From the IMG/VR virus record IMGVR_UViG_3300045988_138131: a stretch of DNA of 31,133 bases. One strand, given 5' to 3'. Every line of letters starts with the position of its first letter. The stretch's first letter is position 1. Below the pieces are notes generated by a model. It had not been told where the DNA came from. It made no database searches and was given only the letters and a program-made list of their open reading frames with translations. This DNA is from a virus. Below, piece after piece: positions 22,007-30,812 of the stretch. The position numbers were made by a program, and so were the translations under genes.

Positions 22007-22328
22007 TTTTTACCACCTCGTTTACATAGTCGCTCGTTAGTGATAATTCTGTTCGTAGAGTCTCATAAGAATTACGATATTTTTCATAATTTTTATTATC
22101 TAACCCAAATTCAGCTTTTAAGTAAAGAAGTATAGCCGTTTCTATTAGACTATCTTCTTCACTTTCAGCTTTTGTAGAAGTGATACCGTTTCTTATTAAA
22201 TCTTGTCTACAAGCTTTAATAAGAGTAGTAATTTCAGTATTTATAACTTCGTCGTTTTCAATAGTTATTCTAAGAAAACCACGTGCTTTTTTCATTAGCT
22301 CGTCGCTAATAGATTTATTATTTGCCAT
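21996..22328 (-). CDS. gp6-like head-tail connector protein
   Basis: ELMKKARGFLRITIENDEVINTEITTLIKACRQDLIRNGI is the typical gp6-like connector N-terminus. Confidence 0.6.
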   Translation of the reverse strand: MANNKSISDELMKKARGFLRITIENDEVINTEITTLIKACRQDLIRNGITSTKAESEEDSLIETAILLYLKAEFGLDNKNYEKYRNSYETLRTELSLTSDYVNEVVKNVE

Positions 22329-22350
22329 AATATCACTCCTTATTTTTTAT

Positions 22351-22683
22351 TTATTTATTTTTTTTTGATGTATCTTCTGTTTTGCCAGAAGTATCATCTT
22401 TGTTATTTTCTAATTGTAATTTTAACTTGTCATATTCTTCAGTTAAATTTTCAAGATCTTTCTTTAAAGTATCATTTTCTGTTTTTAGTGCGTCTTTTTC
22501 AGAAATAATACTAGCTATATCTGTATCGTCTTCGTGTGATACATATTTAACTAAATGATAAGGAGAAGAAAAAAGCTCTAAAGCTCTTTCTTCGCTTACA
22601 TTTAATTCTTGTCCAGCTTTATATTTTTCGTCAGTATGTACATCAGTAAAATTAATAGCTGCAACTAATTTGTAAGTTCTCAT
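22351..22683 (-). CDS. Hypothetical head-module protein with C-terminal coiled coil
   Basis: Start overlaps the capsid gene stop. No recognisable domain. Confidence 0.45.
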   Translation of the reverse strand: MRTYKLVAAINFTDVHTDEKYKAGQELNVSEERALELFSSPYHLVKYVSHEDDTDIASIISEKDALKTENDTLKKDLENLTEEYDKLKLQLENNKDDTSGKTEDTSKKNK

Positions 22684-23861
22684 TAACCTTTTACCTCAGT
22701 ATTACTAGACGCACTATCAGCAGTTATTTCAAGGATAGCAAAAGCTTTACTGTCCATAACATGACCGTCTCCAAATGCTAAAGCTCTATGAACGATCATA
22801 CCTTCACTAAATTTTTCATGTTCAGAACTTGCAACTTGTGGAGCCATATTATAGTTATACCAATATCTTTTACCATAACCGAATAATATTTTATTCTTAG
22901 GTGCTTCGTCAGATATAATAACTGGTTTCTTTAATAACATTTCTGTACTTTCATTATAAATAGGGTGTCCGTCTGTTCCAACCATACCTTCTATTAAATC
23001 GTGGAAAGTTTCAGTATTAACAACATAACTAGCACGCTTACCATAAGCTCTACGAATTTTACCTTTAATACTTGATAAAGCTTTATGTCCGAATTCAGAA
23101 AGTTTAACTGACACTTTTTGTGCTGCTGGTAACTCTGCAACAAATAAACCTTCTGCTTCATTTGTTCCTGTTCCAGTCATAACTTCTGACTCTAATTCTA
23201 TAGCTAAAGCAAGTGCTAATTCAGAAACAACAATTTCTTTAAATGCGTCTAAACTTTCAGTATCTAAACCAACACCTAATTCAATTTTTGCACTAGTTCT
23301 ATAAGAACCAAATGTTACATCTCCAGTAACTCCTCCGTTGGCAGTAATTGCGTCGCCGTCTTTATCTTTATTAGCTCCAATAGCTGATAAATTACCAACA
23401 CGTAAAGTTCCTCTAACATTTTTTAAATTAATGAAATTAATTACATCTGATACTTCACGCATTTCTGTAATAATTTCGTCGTCTAATTCTTCTGGTACTA
23501 CCGCTTGACCGTTTGTTAGAGTAACACCTCTTGTTTCTCTACCTCCAGTAATCATGTACTTTAAGAATGATCTAACTTCTTTAGACATTTTTGTTTTTCT
23601 TTCTTCTGTATTCATTTCTTTTCCTCCTTCTTCCTCATCGTCATCAAGACCAGGGGCTTTTTCTGCATTATCTGGTTCTAATTCGCCAGTTTCTAATTTT
23701 TGAGCAATTTCAGCTCTTTTTTCTAGTGTTCTTTGTTCTTTATCTAAGTTGTCTAATTCACTGTTAATTTCTTCTAAATTAACGTCCTTTGATGTATCTT
23801 CTAAAAGTGTTCTAATTTCTGCTTTTCTAGCTTTAATTTCGTTTAATCTTTTTTCGTTCAT
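22683..23861 (-). CDS. Major capsid protein (HK97 fold) with N-terminal coiled-coil delta domain
   Basis: 392 aa, follows the protease. The N-terminal coiled coil (RLNEIKARKAEIRTLLED...) is typical of HK97-type capsid precursors. Confidence 0.8.
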   Translation of the reverse strand: MNEKRLNEIKARKAEIRTLLEDTSKDVNLEEINSELDNLDKEQRTLEKRAEIAQKLETGELEPDNAEKAPGLDDDEEEGGKEMNTEERKTKMSKEVRSFLKYMITGGRETRGVTLTNGQAVVPEELDDEIITEMREVSDVINFINLKNVRGTLRVGNLSAIGANKDKDGDAITANGGVTGDVTFGSYRTSAKIELGVGLDTESLDAFKEIVVSELALALAIELESEVMTGTGTNEAEGLFVAELPAAQKVSVKLSEFGHKALSSIKGKIRRAYGKRASYVVNTETFHDLIEGMVGTDGHPIYNESTEMLLKKPVIISDEAPKNKILFGYGKRYWYNYNMAPQVASSEHEKFSEGMIVHRALAFGDGHVMDSKAFAILEITADSASSNTEVKG

Positions 23862-23887
23862 TTTCTTTTCCTCCTTATCGAACTAAT

Positions 23888-24511
23888 TTAGATTTTTGTT
23901 TTTGCTATACATATTTCTCTAAGTCTGGCTTGCTCCAAAGCTCTTTTTTCTTTTTCGTACTCCACCTCAAAGAAAGACCTAGCCGAAATACTTGTTTGAT
24001 CGTAGGCTGGAATATCAACCACCGATACATCGTATAGCTTTTTAATTCGAGTTATTGTTCTTGTATGTGTAGCTGGATCGTATTCGTCGTCTGCTACAAC
24101 AAAAGCAAAACTCATTTTATCTATGTAGCCACCTCTAATTTCCTCTAAGAGATTTCTACCATATTCAGTACCCCCAAGAAATGCGTCCATTTCCATACAG
24201 ACATCATTTAATGATAATTTTAATGTGTTATTTCTAATTCTTGCGGCAACACGTCCACCATGATTATAATTAAAAATAACATCAGACATATCACAATTAT
24301 CAAACGCATGGCGGTCTATTTGTTCATAGAACTTTACTCCCTCAAATTCATAAAGACAAGTGGGGGTGTTAAAAACTACTGGGACACCATGCACATAATC
24401 TTGTCTTTCGCTTCCGTCTTCGCTTCTTTGTTCTTTTAATTTAAAATCAGAGAAGACTCTAATTTCACGTCCAGTTTTATTTACTAGACTTTGATTGTTC
24501 TTTTTTGTCAT
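23888..24511 (-). CDS. HK97-family prohead protease
   Basis: HGVPVVFNTPT...FYEQIDRHAF...FNYNHGG...DVSVVDIPAY matches the S78 protease layout. Lies between portal and capsid. Confidence 0.75.
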   Translation of the reverse strand: MTKKNNQSLVNKTGREIRVFSDFKLKEQRSEDGSERQDYVHGVPVVFNTPTCLYEFEGVKFYEQIDRHAFDNCDMSDVIFNYNHGGRVAARIRNNTLKLSLNDVCMEMDAFLGGTEYGRNLLEEIRGGYIDKMSFAFVVADDEYDPATHTRTITRIKKLYDVSVVDIPAYDQTSISARSFFEVEYEKEKRALEQARLREICIAKTKI

Positions 24512-24662
24512 TTAAAATTGCCTCCTTTCCATTAGGTAAAATAAATTTAGTATCTGGTTCTTTTTCCTTCATTTTTCTTAGTAATTCAAAACTAATAAAA
24601 TTATTTAACTTTGTAATTTTAATTTTTTTACTTTCTGTATTATTTATCTCCACTTTCAACAC
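24477..24662 (-). CDS. Small hypothetical protein
   Basis: 61-aa ORF bridging portal and protease. No domain. Confidence 0.35.
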   Translation of the reverse strand: MLKVEINNTESKKIKITKLNNFISFELLRKMKEKEPDTKFILPNGKEAILNDKKEQSKSSK

Positions 24663-25929
24663 CTCCTTCTTGTTCTAACTCCTCATTGTTCTTTGCTGGT
24701 TCTTCTTTTGGCGGTGGAGCAGTGTCTTTGTCTTTTGACTGATAAGAGTCTGCTATATTAGAATTTATATAATTTAATGACTGTAATACTTTTTGACCTT
24801 CGCCATTAGGTAAAGGCGCTAAATTAAACATCTCTCTAACGTCGTCTATCATTAAGACCGCGATAGGAGCTAATTCTTTTACAACATTAACTTTAGTAGC
24901 GTTAGACGCATATTGTAATCTGTTTGCTTCAAAAGTAATTTCGTTGCCAAAGTTACGTTCATTATCTGTAAATAAAGCATTAGTAAAACATTGCGACATT
25001 TGTATAGCTACTGGTTCAATAGCACCTTCGTAAAAAGCGTTCCACTGTTCCTCAGTAAATTTATTTTGCACAATATTTTCATTTACACCGAAATAATCAT
25101 ATATAGCATTTTTTGTATAACTTAGTTGTTCGGAAGAAATTGGTGTTGATTTTTCATTTATAGGTGTATAGTCCATTTTTGTATCTGTAACAATAACACC
25201 ACTTCCGTTAGATGACATTTTGAAGTTATTTTCTACAAATTTATCTCTTGCTTTTGCTAAATCTTCGTCTTTAGACGATACTTTAGCTGATAATATACCT
25301 CTAATACTATTAATCAATTTAGCCGAATTAGAAACACCTTGATTTATTGCTATTGCAGTATCAAGAGCAGGACGTAACGCATGATTTTTACTTCCGAATA
25401 TATCATTGTCAAAAAACTGTCCTCTCATGTGAATAATATTGTCATACGCAACAACCTTTATCTTTCCAGTTTTAAAAACAAATTTTAAATATAATTGTCC
25501 ATTTTTCTCTAATAATTCTATTTGATTAGACATTAAAGGAAAGAACGAAACTATCTCGCCAGAAGTAGAGAATTCAGGGTAAATAAAAGCATTATTAGTT
25601 AATTTTAAATTAGCAGCTATTTTATAATAAAAACTGTAAGCTTCCATTAAAGAATTAGGTTGATAATTTAATAATCTTTCTATTTTAGATTTACCAGCTT
25701 TACCAATACGAGTATGTTTTGCTTTTAATTTAGCAAAGTTTCTACAATATGCGTCAACGGCACTACGTACAATGTCCATGTCCCAAGCGTTACCCGTATT
25801 AACTTGATAAGTTGAATTAAAGGTATTTAATAGACTATACATATTAAAACTTGTTGCTGCACTATTGTTATTATTCGGTTGTTCTTTATTTCCACCGAAT
25901 ATAGTTTTAAATAAGCCTCTATGTTTCAT
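24640..25929 (-). CDS. Portal protein (HK97 family)
   Basis: 429 aa, directly after TerL. Confidence 0.8.
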   Translation of the reverse strand: MKHRGLFKTIFGGNKEQPNNNNSAATSFNMYSLLNTFNSTYQVNTGNAWDMDIVRSAVDAYCRNFAKLKAKHTRIGKAGKSKIERLLNYQPNSLMEAYSFYYKIAANLKLTNNAFIYPEFSTSGEIVSFFPLMSNQIELLEKNGQLYLKFVFKTGKIKVVAYDNIIHMRGQFFDNDIFGSKNHALRPALDTAIAINQGVSNSAKLINSIRGILSAKVSSKDEDLAKARDKFVENNFKMSSNGSGVIVTDTKMDYTPINEKSTPISSEQLSYTKNAIYDYFGVNENIVQNKFTEEQWNAFYEGAIEPVAIQMSQCFTNALFTDNERNFGNEITFEANRLQYASNATKVNVVKELAPIAVLMIDDVREMFNLAPLPNGEGQKVLQSLNYINSNIADSYQSKDKDTAPPPKEEPAKNNEELEQEGGVESGDK

Positions 25930-25933
25930 TTAA

Positions 25934-27580
25934 TCACCCCACACTATACATAAAATCTTCATAATACTTAACGTATAAAACCCAAGCATTAAGTAAAGAT
26001 ACGGCTCCGTCAATTCTTCGACGTTCGTTTATTTTTACTGGTTGTATATTATTTAAACCACTTTTTTTAACCGCAGTATTAGTTAAACACCACTTTAAAA
26101 TAGGGTTGTTATTATAATTAACTTTTTTATCTGCAAAAGCAGCGCCCATTTCACGCATTGGTTGACTCCAAGTATAAGGTCCTTGTGCTACGGCTTCCAT
26201 TTGAAAACCATTTGATGTCATTTCGTCCACCCAATAACCAGCTAAAGCTCTATCATAACCAACGTATATAGGATCAATTTTAAATTCTTGTTGCATTTGT
26301 ACAAACCAGTCCGTTACTTGCGAATAGTCAACACGATTTCCTTCACATACAGTAAGTAAACCTTTATCACGCCATATTTTGTATGGCGCTTCTTGTGTAT
26401 TCTTTTCGTCTAATCTATCAAGCTTTACTTGCGGTAGAAAGTAGTGTTGTATCACATATACTTTTTCGTCGTTAGGCTTTCTGATAAGTAATGTAGAACA
26501 AGTTAAGTCAGTAGTAGCTGATAAATCACAACCACCGATAGCGTAAGTATTCTCAATATCTTCCATATTAAAAGTCTCTGTGTTGTTAATTTCCTCAAAA
26601 CTTAACCAAGCGTTACTATCGTTTTCACGAATATTAAAATCTTTACACAATAAACCTGGTAATTTTTTAGGATCATTTTTAGCACGTTCAACTTCAATAG
26701 ATAGATTATGATAACTTTTAATTGTTCCTAGTCCTGGGTTAGCTTTTAACCAACACGTTGGATCTGTCCACTCGTTACGATTATCTAGTTCATAAAGAAT
26801 AGGTAAAAAGTGATCGTCTTTTATTTCTTCGTCTGCTACTTTACAGGCATAATCGTAAGTATCGTCATAGATACACTCTCTAACTGTTCCAGCAGTAGTT
26901 ATCATAACTAATAACGGCTGGCGTCGAGCAGTCATAGACTGTTTCATAACTTCGTATAAATTTCTATCTTTGATAGCGTGTAATTCGTCTATAATAACGC
27001 CGTGGCTATTTAAACCGTCAAGCGTATTAGAGTCTGACGCTAAAGCTTCAAAGATAGAAGATGTAGCATTGAAGTAAAGATCATTTCTTCTTTTTTTCAA
27101 AACGGATCTTAATTCTGGACTTTGTTTAACCATATTACAAGCTTCGGTTAAAACCTTTTTTGCTTGTTCTTTCTTTGTTGCTACTGAGTATACTTCGGCT
27201 GCACCTTCATAGTCAGCCATTAACATATACAACGCGATAGGAGATAAAAGAGTTGTTTTACCATTTTTACGTCCTACCAAAAACATTGTTTCGTTAAATC
27301 TTCTGTACCCAGTTTCTTTATCTAAAAAACCAAATAGAGCTTGTACATAAGCTTTCTGGAACAATTCCAGTTTTAGGTCTGCGCCTAATTCTCCCTGGGA
27401 CTGTTTGCAAAAAGTTTCTGTAAACTCTATAGGTCTATTAGCTATTTTTTCATCAAAATAAAAAGGACAATTAGGATCGTCCATTTCTTTTACTAAGCGA
27501 GCATAAACCTTTTTGACTCTGCGGCTAGTTATTATTTCGCCAGACTGTATTTTTTCGTTATACTCTCTGATGTAATTCAT
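25934..27580 (-). CDS. terL: Terminase large subunit
   Basis: Walker A motif FLVGRKNGKTT. 548 aa with a C-terminal nuclease region. Confidence 0.9.
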   Translation of the reverse strand: MNYIREYNEKIQSGEIITSRRVKKVYARLVKEMDDPNCPFYFDEKIANRPIEFTETFCKQSQGELGADLKLELFQKAYVQALFGFLDKETGYRRFNETMFLVGRKNGKTTLLSPIALYMLMADYEGAAEVYSVATKKEQAKKVLTEACNMVKQSPELRSVLKKRRNDLYFNATSSIFEALASDSNTLDGLNSHGVIIDELHAIKDRNLYEVMKQSMTARRQPLLVMITTAGTVRECIYDDTYDYACKVADEEIKDDHFLPILYELDNRNEWTDPTCWLKANPGLGTIKSYHNLSIEVERAKNDPKKLPGLLCKDFNIRENDSNAWLSFEEINNTETFNMEDIENTYAIGGCDLSATTDLTCSTLLIRKPNDEKVYVIQHYFLPQVKLDRLDEKNTQEAPYKIWRDKGLLTVCEGNRVDYSQVTDWFVQMQQEFKIDPIYVGYDRALAGYWVDEMTSNGFQMEAVAQGPYTWSQPMREMGAAFADKKVNYNNNPILKWCLTNTAVKKSGLNNIQPVKINERRRIDGAVSLLNAWVLYVKYYEDFMYSVG

Positions 27581-27966
27581 TATTTACCCTTAGGCTTAGT
27601 AACGAAATTCATTAAAGCGTTACCTTCCTTTGTTGCTGGTAAACCTTCTGGCAATAACTCACATAATTGTTTTATGATCGACGTATAATTTTTAATCATA
27701 GTGTTGTACACACTGGCTTCTGTACTGGTTTTTGTTCCGTACTGGTTTTCTCCGTTTTGGTATGTTTCTGATACACCATTTACACTGATGTAATTTTCTA
27801 ATTTAGTTAACTCAACGGACATAAAAGCAGCACTTTCGATAAGCTTTTGTACCAAATTCTTTTTATCTTTTGGTATGTTTTTGAATATTTTTTTAAGTTT
27901 TTTAAGCTCTGTCGAAAAGTCTGGAACTTCTTTTAATTCTTTAGAATTAAGATTTTCATTTTCCAT
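27580..27966 (-). CDS. terS: Terminase small subunit (P27-like)
   Basis: 128 aa with an ATGA-type junction to TerL, downstream of an HNH gene as in cos/HNH packaging modules. Confidence 0.65.
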   Translation of the reverse strand: MENENLNSKELKEVPDFSTELKKLKKIFKNIPKDKKNLVQKLIESAAFMSVELTKLENYISVNGVSETYQNGENQYGTKTSTEASVYNTMIKNYTSIIKQLCELLPEGLPATKEGNALMNFVTKPKGK

Positions 27967-27970
27967 TTTT

Positions 27971-28075
27971 CCAACACCTTTGACTACACCCCCCTCACAC
28001 GACCGAAGCAGTCCGAAAAAGGACTCAAGCGCGGTTCACTGTGAAGCATATCTTTTTTAAGAAAGGGGGGAGTCT
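27971..28075. other. GC-rich intergenic segment, candidate cos region
   Basis: ccccccT (27989-27995) and Agggggg (28064-28070) form an inverted repeat. Hairpin agtcc-gaaaaa-ggact lies at 28010-28025. Located between the HNH side and terS. Confidence 0.35.
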
Positions 28076-28251
28076 TTTATTTCTATCAGTGCAGCGTTAA
28101 TCGGATTAACAAAGACTGACGCTCCTTCCTTTGTACTCAGAAAGACTGGTCCTTCGTCTAGTGCTTTAGCGAGCTCCTCTTTGGTACCACTAAAGACTAT
28201 GTCATAAGTCATAATGAGATAGTTAGTATAGACGGTTAATATCATAATCAA
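28057..28251 (-). CDS. Small hypothetical protein
   Basis: 64-aa ORF with an uncertain start and no clear RBS. Confidence 0.3.
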   Translation of the reverse strand: MIMILTVYTNYLIMTYDIVFSGTKEELAKALDEGPVFLSTKEGASVFVNPINAALIEIKDSPLS

Positions 28252-28552
28252 CGCTCCTTTCTATTAGATTACCTTCGTCGTCGAACATAAGACTCTTATC
28301 TGTTGGCAGCTCTGACTCATGCTCTATAGCATGGCATACTCTACACAATAGCTCTAGGTTGTCCTCTCCCAGTGTAATAGCTGGGTTATGAATATTATAA
28401 GGAGTTAGATATATTTTATGGTGTACTATTTCGCCAGGTCCATACTCGCCGTGGCAACGTTCACATATTCCGTGTTGCTTATTGTATATATAAGTTCTAG
28501 TCTTGCGCCATGCAGTAGAACGATAGAACTCTTTAGCAAAGTCTTTAGCCAT
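28223..28552 (-). CDS. HNH endonuclease (terminase-associated)
   Basis: CERCHG...IVHHKIYL...NLELLCRVCHAIEH is an HNH/zinc motif. Located upstream of terS/terL. Confidence 0.85.
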   Translation of the reverse strand: MAKDFAKEFYRSTAWRKTRTYIYNKQHGICERCHGEYGPGEIVHHKIYLTPYNIHNPAITLGEDNLELLCRVCHAIEHESELPTDKSLMFDDEGNLIERSVDYDINRLY

Positions 28553-28574
28553 AATACCACCTCAAATAAGCATT

Positions 28575-28608
28575 AAAAAAACACGCCTATAAAACAGACG
28601 TGTTTCTC
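28575..28608 (-). terminator. Strong intrinsic terminator in the leader of the late operon
   Basis: - strand AAACACGTCT-gttttat-AGGCGTGTTT: 10 bp with one G-U, followed by TTTT. It ends about 22 nt before the HNH start. Confidence 0.65.
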
Positions 28609-28649
28609 AATTCCTAATAATTTCATTGTACCAATTATATTATATAAAA

Positions 28650-28689
28650 ATTGCTATGTCAATTGCGGGGTTATTGCGTGGGTTATTGC
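28650..28689 (-). promoter_or_regulatory. Four helically phased ATTGC (GCAAT) repeats, including a 10-bp direct repeat
   Basis: attgc at 28650, 28662, 28673 and 28685, spaced 12/11/12 bp. gggttattgc at 28668-28677 and 28680-28689. - strand TATAAT/TACAAT boxes follow. Confidence 0.45.
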
Positions 28690-28695
28690 ATTTTG

Positions 28696-29244
28696 TCAAT
28701 AGTTAAGTTCTTTAATAACATCATTAGGGAATAGATAAACCTTTATTTCATTGATTAAACGCTTGTTATTTCTCCATATTGTAGTAGTATCTTTTTCGAA
28801 ATAATCAGCTATATCTTGCTGCGTTTTATTTTCAAAGTATTTTAATTTAATTATGTCGATATATTTATCGGACTTAAATTTCTTTAATATTCTGTCTATG
28901 CGGTTAATAATTAACTGTGTCTTTTTGATGTCAGATATTAAGCCATTTATTATATCTTCTTCGATAGTATCATAATCGCTATGACTTCCTTCTGGTATTT
29001 TAAATATGCTCTTTGATTTTCCACGTAGTCCAGTTGTTTTAATTTCCTCGATTTCTTCTTCACGGTCTTCAACTGATTTTTTCAAGTCGTTATATTTGTA
29101 TAAAAGAGACTCCGTATTTTGATAAGTAGTAGCTCCTTTACGTAGTAGATTTCTCTTTGATAATTCTTCGACGATAAAACTTGTTATTTCTTTGAAGTCT
29201 ATTTGTGATTTTTCTCCGTTGGCTGTTTCTGTAATTCCAGCCAT
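28696..29244 (-). CDS. Late-gene regulator (sigma-70 region-4 / ArpU-RinA-like HTH)
   Basis: The C-terminal KYFENKTQQDIADYFEKDTTTIWRNNKRLINEIK is region-4-like. It is the last early gene, before the packaging module. Confidence 0.55.
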   Translation of the reverse strand: MAGITETANGEKSQIDFKEITSFIVEELSKRNLLRKGATTYQNTESLLYKYNDLKKSVEDREEEIEEIKTTGLRGKSKSIFKIPEGSHSDYDTIEEDIINGLISDIKKTQLIINRIDRILKKFKSDKYIDIIKLKYFENKTQQDIADYFEKDTTTIWRNNKRLINEIKVYLFPNDVIKELNY

Positions 29245-29263
29245 AAATTAGATCCTTCCTTTC

Positions 29264-29350
29264 TTACTTTTTATTTTTTTCTATTGCTTCGGCAATTCTA
29301 TATAAACCAGCACATACAATTAGTGCTCCTATGAGTATACTAAGCCACAT
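29264..29350 (-). CDS. Unannotated 28-aa hydrophobic micro-ORF (MWLSILIGALIVCAGLYRIAEAIEKNKK)
   Basis: ATG at 29350 lies 8 nt after GGAGG and fills the gap between two genes of the operon. Below the ORF-track size cutoff. Confidence 0.45.
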   Translation of the reverse strand: MWLSILIGALIVCAGLYRIAEAIEKNKK

Positions 29351-29353
29351 TGA

Positions 29354-29677
29354 TTATACCTCCTTCTTGTTACTTTCAATGATAAAATCTAAAAATGTAT
29401 ATTTTCCTTTTTCTTCGTGATAACGCCAAGCAATTTTATTGGCTTCGTTTCTTTGATAACCAATACTCATTAAAAGTTTAACAAAACGCTTTCGTGAAAT
29501 TTTCATTTTTTCAAAGTCGGGCATTTTTTCCTTAATGCTTTCCCAAATATCAATAAATGTATGACAAAGTGTAGCTGATATATTTTTTATAGCTTCTGCA
29601 ACTGGCATAAATGCTTTTATAAAAGCGTCTGATAATTCTTTTATTGCTTGTTCTGCTTTTTCTGTATCAATTTCCAC
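29354..29677 (-). CDS. Hypothetical early protein
   Basis: 107-aa helical ORF within the operon. Confidence 0.5.
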   Translation of the reverse strand: MEIDTEKAEQAIKELSDAFIKAFMPVAEAIKNISATLCHTFIDIWESIKEKMPDFEKMKISRKRFVKLLMSIGYQRNEANKIAWRYHEEKGKYTFLDFIIESNKKEV

Positions 29678-29858
29678 GAGACATTACCTCCAAATCAAAT
29701 ATACTTAATTGTTTTTCGTTTTTTCGAGGGAGTGGAGAACAATTTTCTTGTGGTCCTTTTTCGATACATTTAGGACAAAGGCATTTACCATTATAACCTT
29801 TTAAAATATCAAATTTACCACATAAATCGCATTTATCTTTAAATTTTTTCTCCGTCAT
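29667..29858 (-). CDS. Small zinc-ribbon protein
   Basis: CDLCGK...CLCPKC. Confidence 0.5.
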   Translation of the reverse strand: MTEKKFKDKCDLCGKFDILKGYNGKCLCPKCIEKGPQENCSPLPRKNEKQLSIFDLEVMSRGN

Positions 29859-30063
29859 TTTCTTCGTTAACTTCTAACTGTTCTAATTCCATATATTTAC
29901 AAAAGCACTCCTCAGAACAAAAGCAATTTTCTTCTTCTGTATCAAAGAAATTAACTTGTAAACAATTATCTAAACATTTGTAATATGTATCTTCAATAAC
30001 GGCTCCACAATTAGAGCAATTCATTTTTTTATTTTCCATAAATATTGATGTTCCTTTCTTCAA
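29839..30063 (-). CDS. Small Cys-rich zinc-binding protein (start uncertain)
   Basis: CSNCG...CLDNC...CFCSEECFC. The track start is TTG; ATG 30039 is an alternative. Confidence 0.45.
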   Translation of the reverse strand: MKKGTSIFMENKKMNCSNCGAVIEDTYYKCLDNCLQVNFFDTEEENCFCSEECFCKYMELEQLEVNEENDGEKI

Positions 30064-30349
30064 AATATTGTTTTATTAAATCTTCGTGAGTAGTATATAA
30101 AACTTCGTTTTCGTTTTGATATTCAACTATAACACTACCACCGTAAGCGTTATATACTTCGAAAGTTCTTATTCCCTTAGTAATTAAATTAGGCCCTTTA
30201 AATTTTGCTTTAGATCTTGTTACTAAAGTTGTACCGTCCCAGAATAATTTACTTCTAATAAAAGCTCCGAAGTCTTGTCTCCATTGTTTTTGATTAAAAT
30301 TAACTGTAAGTGGTGTAACTTTCCACTTGCTATTATAAGCTTTACCCAT
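30029..30349 (-). CDS. Hypothetical early protein
   Basis: AAGGAGG RBS before ATG 30349. 106 aa. Confidence 0.55.
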   Translation of the reverse strand: MGKAYNSKWKVTPLTVNFNQKQWRQDFGAFIRSKLFWDGTTLVTRSKAKFKGPNLITKGIRTFEVYNAYGGSVIVEYQNENEVLYTTHEDLIKQYFEERNINIYGK

Positions 30350-30563
30350 TTTGTACCTCCTTTACTTTAATACATTTAGATAATATTTCTTTAAATTTTA
30401 TACGATCATTTCTATAGACTTTATGGCCACAATGTGAACAAATCTGCACATCTGGACCATAAGCTGGAAAATATAAAGTATGACTACAATTACATTTAAC
30501 TCTAATTTCAGATAACTCATTAGCATATTTCTGCATTTCTTTTAAGTTCACAACTAGCACCAC
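30342..30563 (-). CDS. Small zinc-ribbon protein (start uncertain)
   Basis: CNCSH...CSHCGH. Confidence 0.45.
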   Translation of the reverse strand: MVLVVNLKEMQKYANELSEIRVKCNCSHTLYFPAYGPDVQICSHCGHKVYRNDRIKFKEILSKCIKVKEVQNG

Positions 30564-30571
30564 CTTTTTAA

Positions 30572-30797
30572 TTAACTATTTTTAATTATTTCTTTTAAAG
30601 ACTTATTTTGTTGTCTTAATCTTTTATTGTCTTTTTTTAGACGTTTCATTTCTGCTGGTTCTCCCAGCTTTTCGATAAATAGATTATATAATTCGTCTTT
30701 TATTACTCCTTCAAGAGTAGAGACTTTATTTTCTAGTGTATTTATTTTTCTTTGTTTAGGAGAAATATAACCAACTATTTTATCTTTTAATTTAGCC
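30572..30797 (-). CDS. Small coiled-coil protein
   Basis: Start moved to ATG 30797 behind AAGGAAGGTG. The C-terminus is basic and heptad-like: KRLKKDNKRLRQQNKSLKEIIK. Confidence 0.5.
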
Positions 30798-30812
30798 ATT
30801 TCGACACCTTCC

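Noticed and set aside
1696-28060. + strand ORFs embedded antisense in - strand genes (1696-1878, 3380-3637, 10671-10859, 10959-11231, 13673-13855, 16895-17101, 18933-19175, 19567-19758, 22180-22368, 27875-28060)
   Set aside because: Each lies wholly inside a well-supported - strand gene or operon, lacks an RBS, and translates to low-complexity F/L/I/S-rich sequence. That is typical of the antisense frame of AT-rich coding DNA.
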